Below, one piece after another: positions 61,101-64,000 of a stretch of 64,000 nucleotides of DNA. The notes below the pieces were generated by a model. The model saw only the letters and a list, made by a program, of their open reading frames with translations. It was not told the origin of the DNA and ran no database searches. Within the stretch, counting starts at the first letter, position 1; every line of letters starts with the position of its first letter. Source of the DNA: Laetmonice hystrix (lineage: Eukaryota); assembly GCA_965235115.1 (NCBI GenBank), contig OZ249436.1, positions 8,806,001 through 8,870,000 of the forward strand, written 5' to 3'. A program made the translations under genes and the position numbers.

Positions 61101-63993
61101 GTCTTCTTCCCCTGTTACCCAGGCTGCACTCGGGACAGACAGACCTGCATCGGGAAGACCTGCATCTGTCAAATCAGGCTCTCTCAGGCCTGCCTCAGGA
61201 AAGCCAGCCACAGGCCGGTCTGGATCAGGCAGGCCAACATCAGGTAGACCAATATCAGGCAGGCCAGGATCAGGAATAGATGGACAGCCTTTGGATGGTG
61301 ACCAGAGACCACAGGATGGAACCAGAGATGGTACATATATCATTTATTACCAGATTAGTATAATGATATTTTTTATTCTAGATCTATAACTAAAATGATT
61401 TCCAGATACAACTCTTGAGTTCAAGCAGCCCAAAAAGAAGTTTTTTTTAAGCTTACCTTCTCATGCAGCTACTGTACAGCAAGTTATTTCCTGCAAATTC
61501 CTTCAGGTGGAGCTACTCAAGGCCAGGCTAACCTGGAGGATAGAGAGGGGACGATGGATGAGTTTGCACCATTCACAGATACCACGGTACCACAGACCAC
61601 TGTGCTGGACACGTACGGGGAGCCACCTGATGATGATGATGATGGTAGCGATAGAGAAGAGGAATTTGGAGATGAGGACGAAGAAGAAGAAACTGAAGAT
61701 GAAGAAAGTGATGGTGAAGATGAAATGGTGGTCCTGGATCCTGACCATGTAAGTGTTTCTGTATAATAATAATAATGGATGTATTGATTATATTTCAAGG
61801 ATTTCACCCAGAACTTGATGTGTACTTGAATCGGAGTTTGTACTTAGTGCATTAAACATCAGAGCTTGACATAATTGCCTTGAATCTTTAATCAACTGAC
61901 CTTATGTTATTTTGTTTATTTTGTAGCCCCTGATGCAACGTTTCCAAAAAGCTCTCAAATCACATCTGGAGAAGCAGAACGAAAAACTTTCTCTGGAATT
62001 GCGTGAACTCCAAGAAGCAGTTCGTAATCGGACACAGGAGCGTGAGAACCTTGGGGTTGACCTGTATGGCATACAACAGGAGCTGGCCCGTCACCAGATG
62101 ATGTTGGAGAAAAACCACGACCAGTTCTCCAACCTACAGCAGATCCGTACACATGAAGATAACAACCTTGCTCATACCCAAGATATGTATCGGAAAAAAC
62201 AAAGGGAGGTGACTACTGAAAAAAAGAAAGGCAAGTTGTTATTTTAAACATTGGATTTGTGTACAGTCATGAAAATGATAAGACTTTTGGCAGTACTCCG
62301 AATGTTCTTCCTCAAGAGTTAATAGTTCATTGCACATCTGTTCGAGATGTAAAATTGTGTATTGTTGTGTTTTTTAACTAGTGTTAAAATGTATATTGTG
62401 TTTTCTGTGATTTAGTGCAGGGTGTATGACGTTCTCTTTTATTTTAGGATCGGAACTTCAACAAGAGGTAGAAAATCTGGCCCTCCGCTTGTTCTACATG
62501 GAAAATGCCAAAGAAGACGTCAGATCAGATATTTCTGTGATGAGACGTGCTGCAGAAAAGGCAGACACTGAAGTTTCTAAGGCAGAACTTCAAAAACAAA
62601 AACAGGTCAGTCATGTCAAGTTCATGCATTTTTTTTTGTGTTGATGAAACTTTTCCAAAACATCTGTAGGTGATATCTGATTATAATAAGTGTTGGTTAC
62701 TAAGGTAACATAAACATTATAACTTTTTTCCCATTCCTAATACCTCATGTTGCTATCTATCATCAGGATCTGTTCGTGGATCGTCTAGTTGAACGGGTAG
62801 ATAAACTGCGGGAAGAGATCTCATTGAATGAGGCTCAAATGAGTGCTCAGAACCTGGAGACGAAGGGCACAAAGGATGCCCTGTCAGAGGCTCACATGGA
62901 GATCGAGGTACAGAACTGAATGAAACTGAAAGCCCTGGACAACAGCAATATTTTTATGATTTCTTTAACTCGTACCCATTATTATATCTAGAGGTTTAAA
63001 TTTGGGTGTAATCAACTTAGGTGTAATTGAAAGTTGGGTTCAGTCTTATTAGTGTAGGCTTGCCAAACGAAACAACAGGTGGCACTGCAGCTGCACTTGG
63101 CAGTGTAACATACTTCATGGTTTGTTTCTGAAAACAGGCCATCGGTCTGGAGAAGAAACAGTTGTTCCAGCAGTGGAACAGTAGTCTCATTGGAATGCGA
63201 CGCCGTGATGAGGCTCATTCAGCTATGCAGGAGGCATTAAGGTACGTACTTAAGCTCATGGTGTACGTATTTCTGCCATTTTAAAGTTTGTCGATTGTTT
63301 ATCATTGGTAACACAAAGTTTGCATCTAGAAATTTGGTGTTTTATGTCTGAATGATTTTCAGTGAGCAGCAGCAGCGAATCATGTCACTGGAAACTGAGA
63401 TAGAAGGATACAAAAAGTCAATCTATAAGGAACAAGAGCAGAATGAAAAGTTGACAATGATTCATAATAAAACAGAAGGGGACATCATCACCGTTAAAAA
63501 ACTCCTCCAGATCTGTCAAGACCGACATGATGCCTTGAAGAATGAGTACGCTACATGCTCTAGAATGTTGCATGAAACGGAACAGGCTCTCAATAGGGCT
63601 ACCACGGTATGCATTCTGTAAAATAGTTCTGAATTATTCATTATTTCAACAACACAGTTTTTCTGTCAAGTTAATTGGTCTTTATATAGGAATTTATTAT
63701 TAATTTCAGTGTTTTAGTGGAACAGATGTATGTGTATTAAATTATTCTCTGCTTTAGACATAATCTAGAATTAGAATCTTCTTACGACACCTGTGTGTTA
63801 TGATTTTTAGGACAAGACATTGAGGATGAATGAGCTGAATACACTTCGCAAACAAATAGAGCGTGAGTACCAGGAGAAGCTACGGTTGGAGGATGAGATC
63901 CTTGAACAGTTACGGTCACAATTGACAATGGATAAGGCAGCTCAGTACACAGACAAACTGGCACATCGGATGAGGGATCAATCCAGAACACTG
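58152..63993 (+). CDS. CCDC40: Coiled-coil domain-containing protein 40 (axonemal 96-nm ruler), 5' part; continues beyond the window
   Basis: Phase-consistent exons: 58152-58168, 59714-59768, 60103-60226, 60445-60729, 61007-61330, 61507-61748, 61927-62230 (GC donor), 62448-62605, 62767-62907, 63138-63241, 63363-63606, 63811-63993. Motifs: [57 protein letters not shown]. The N-terminal exons are less certain than the coiled-coil exons. Confidence 0.9.
58954..59139. mobile_element. MITE with CAGG termini (hAT-like ends; TSD not evident)
   Basis: caggcacggcggaagc is inverted to gctctgccgtgcctg. Confidence 0.5.
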
Positions 63994-64000
63994 GTAGGTA

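Overview
Eukaryotic, intron-rich animal genomic DNA, most likely an invertebrate bilaterian; the species cannot be determined from the sequence. It holds three spliced genes whose exon phases I checked by hand. (1) The 3' part of a BAHCC1/TNRC18 (winged-eye)-like chromatin reader on + (<1-33417, 24 exons; AT-hooks, Tudor-like region, C-terminal BAH domain). (2) A complete TBC1D16 Rab-GAP on - (56383-50367). (3) The 5' part of the axonemal ruler gene CCDC40 on + (58152->64000), head-to-head with TBC1D16 as in human. Mobile elements include a structurally complete but coding-dead DIRS1-like tyrosine-recombinase retrotransposon (ITRs plus ICR), a Helentron-associated (HINE/DINE-1-like) element nested three deep and carrying a tRNA-like Pol III cassette, a 3.6-kb foldback element with TAG...CTA ends, and many MITEs. 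The most unusual pattern is that the BAHCC1-like gene repeatedly carries minisatellite arrays seeded on or beside its own splice junctions, creating tens of duplicated donors and acceptors. No CRISPR array or prokaryotic system is present.
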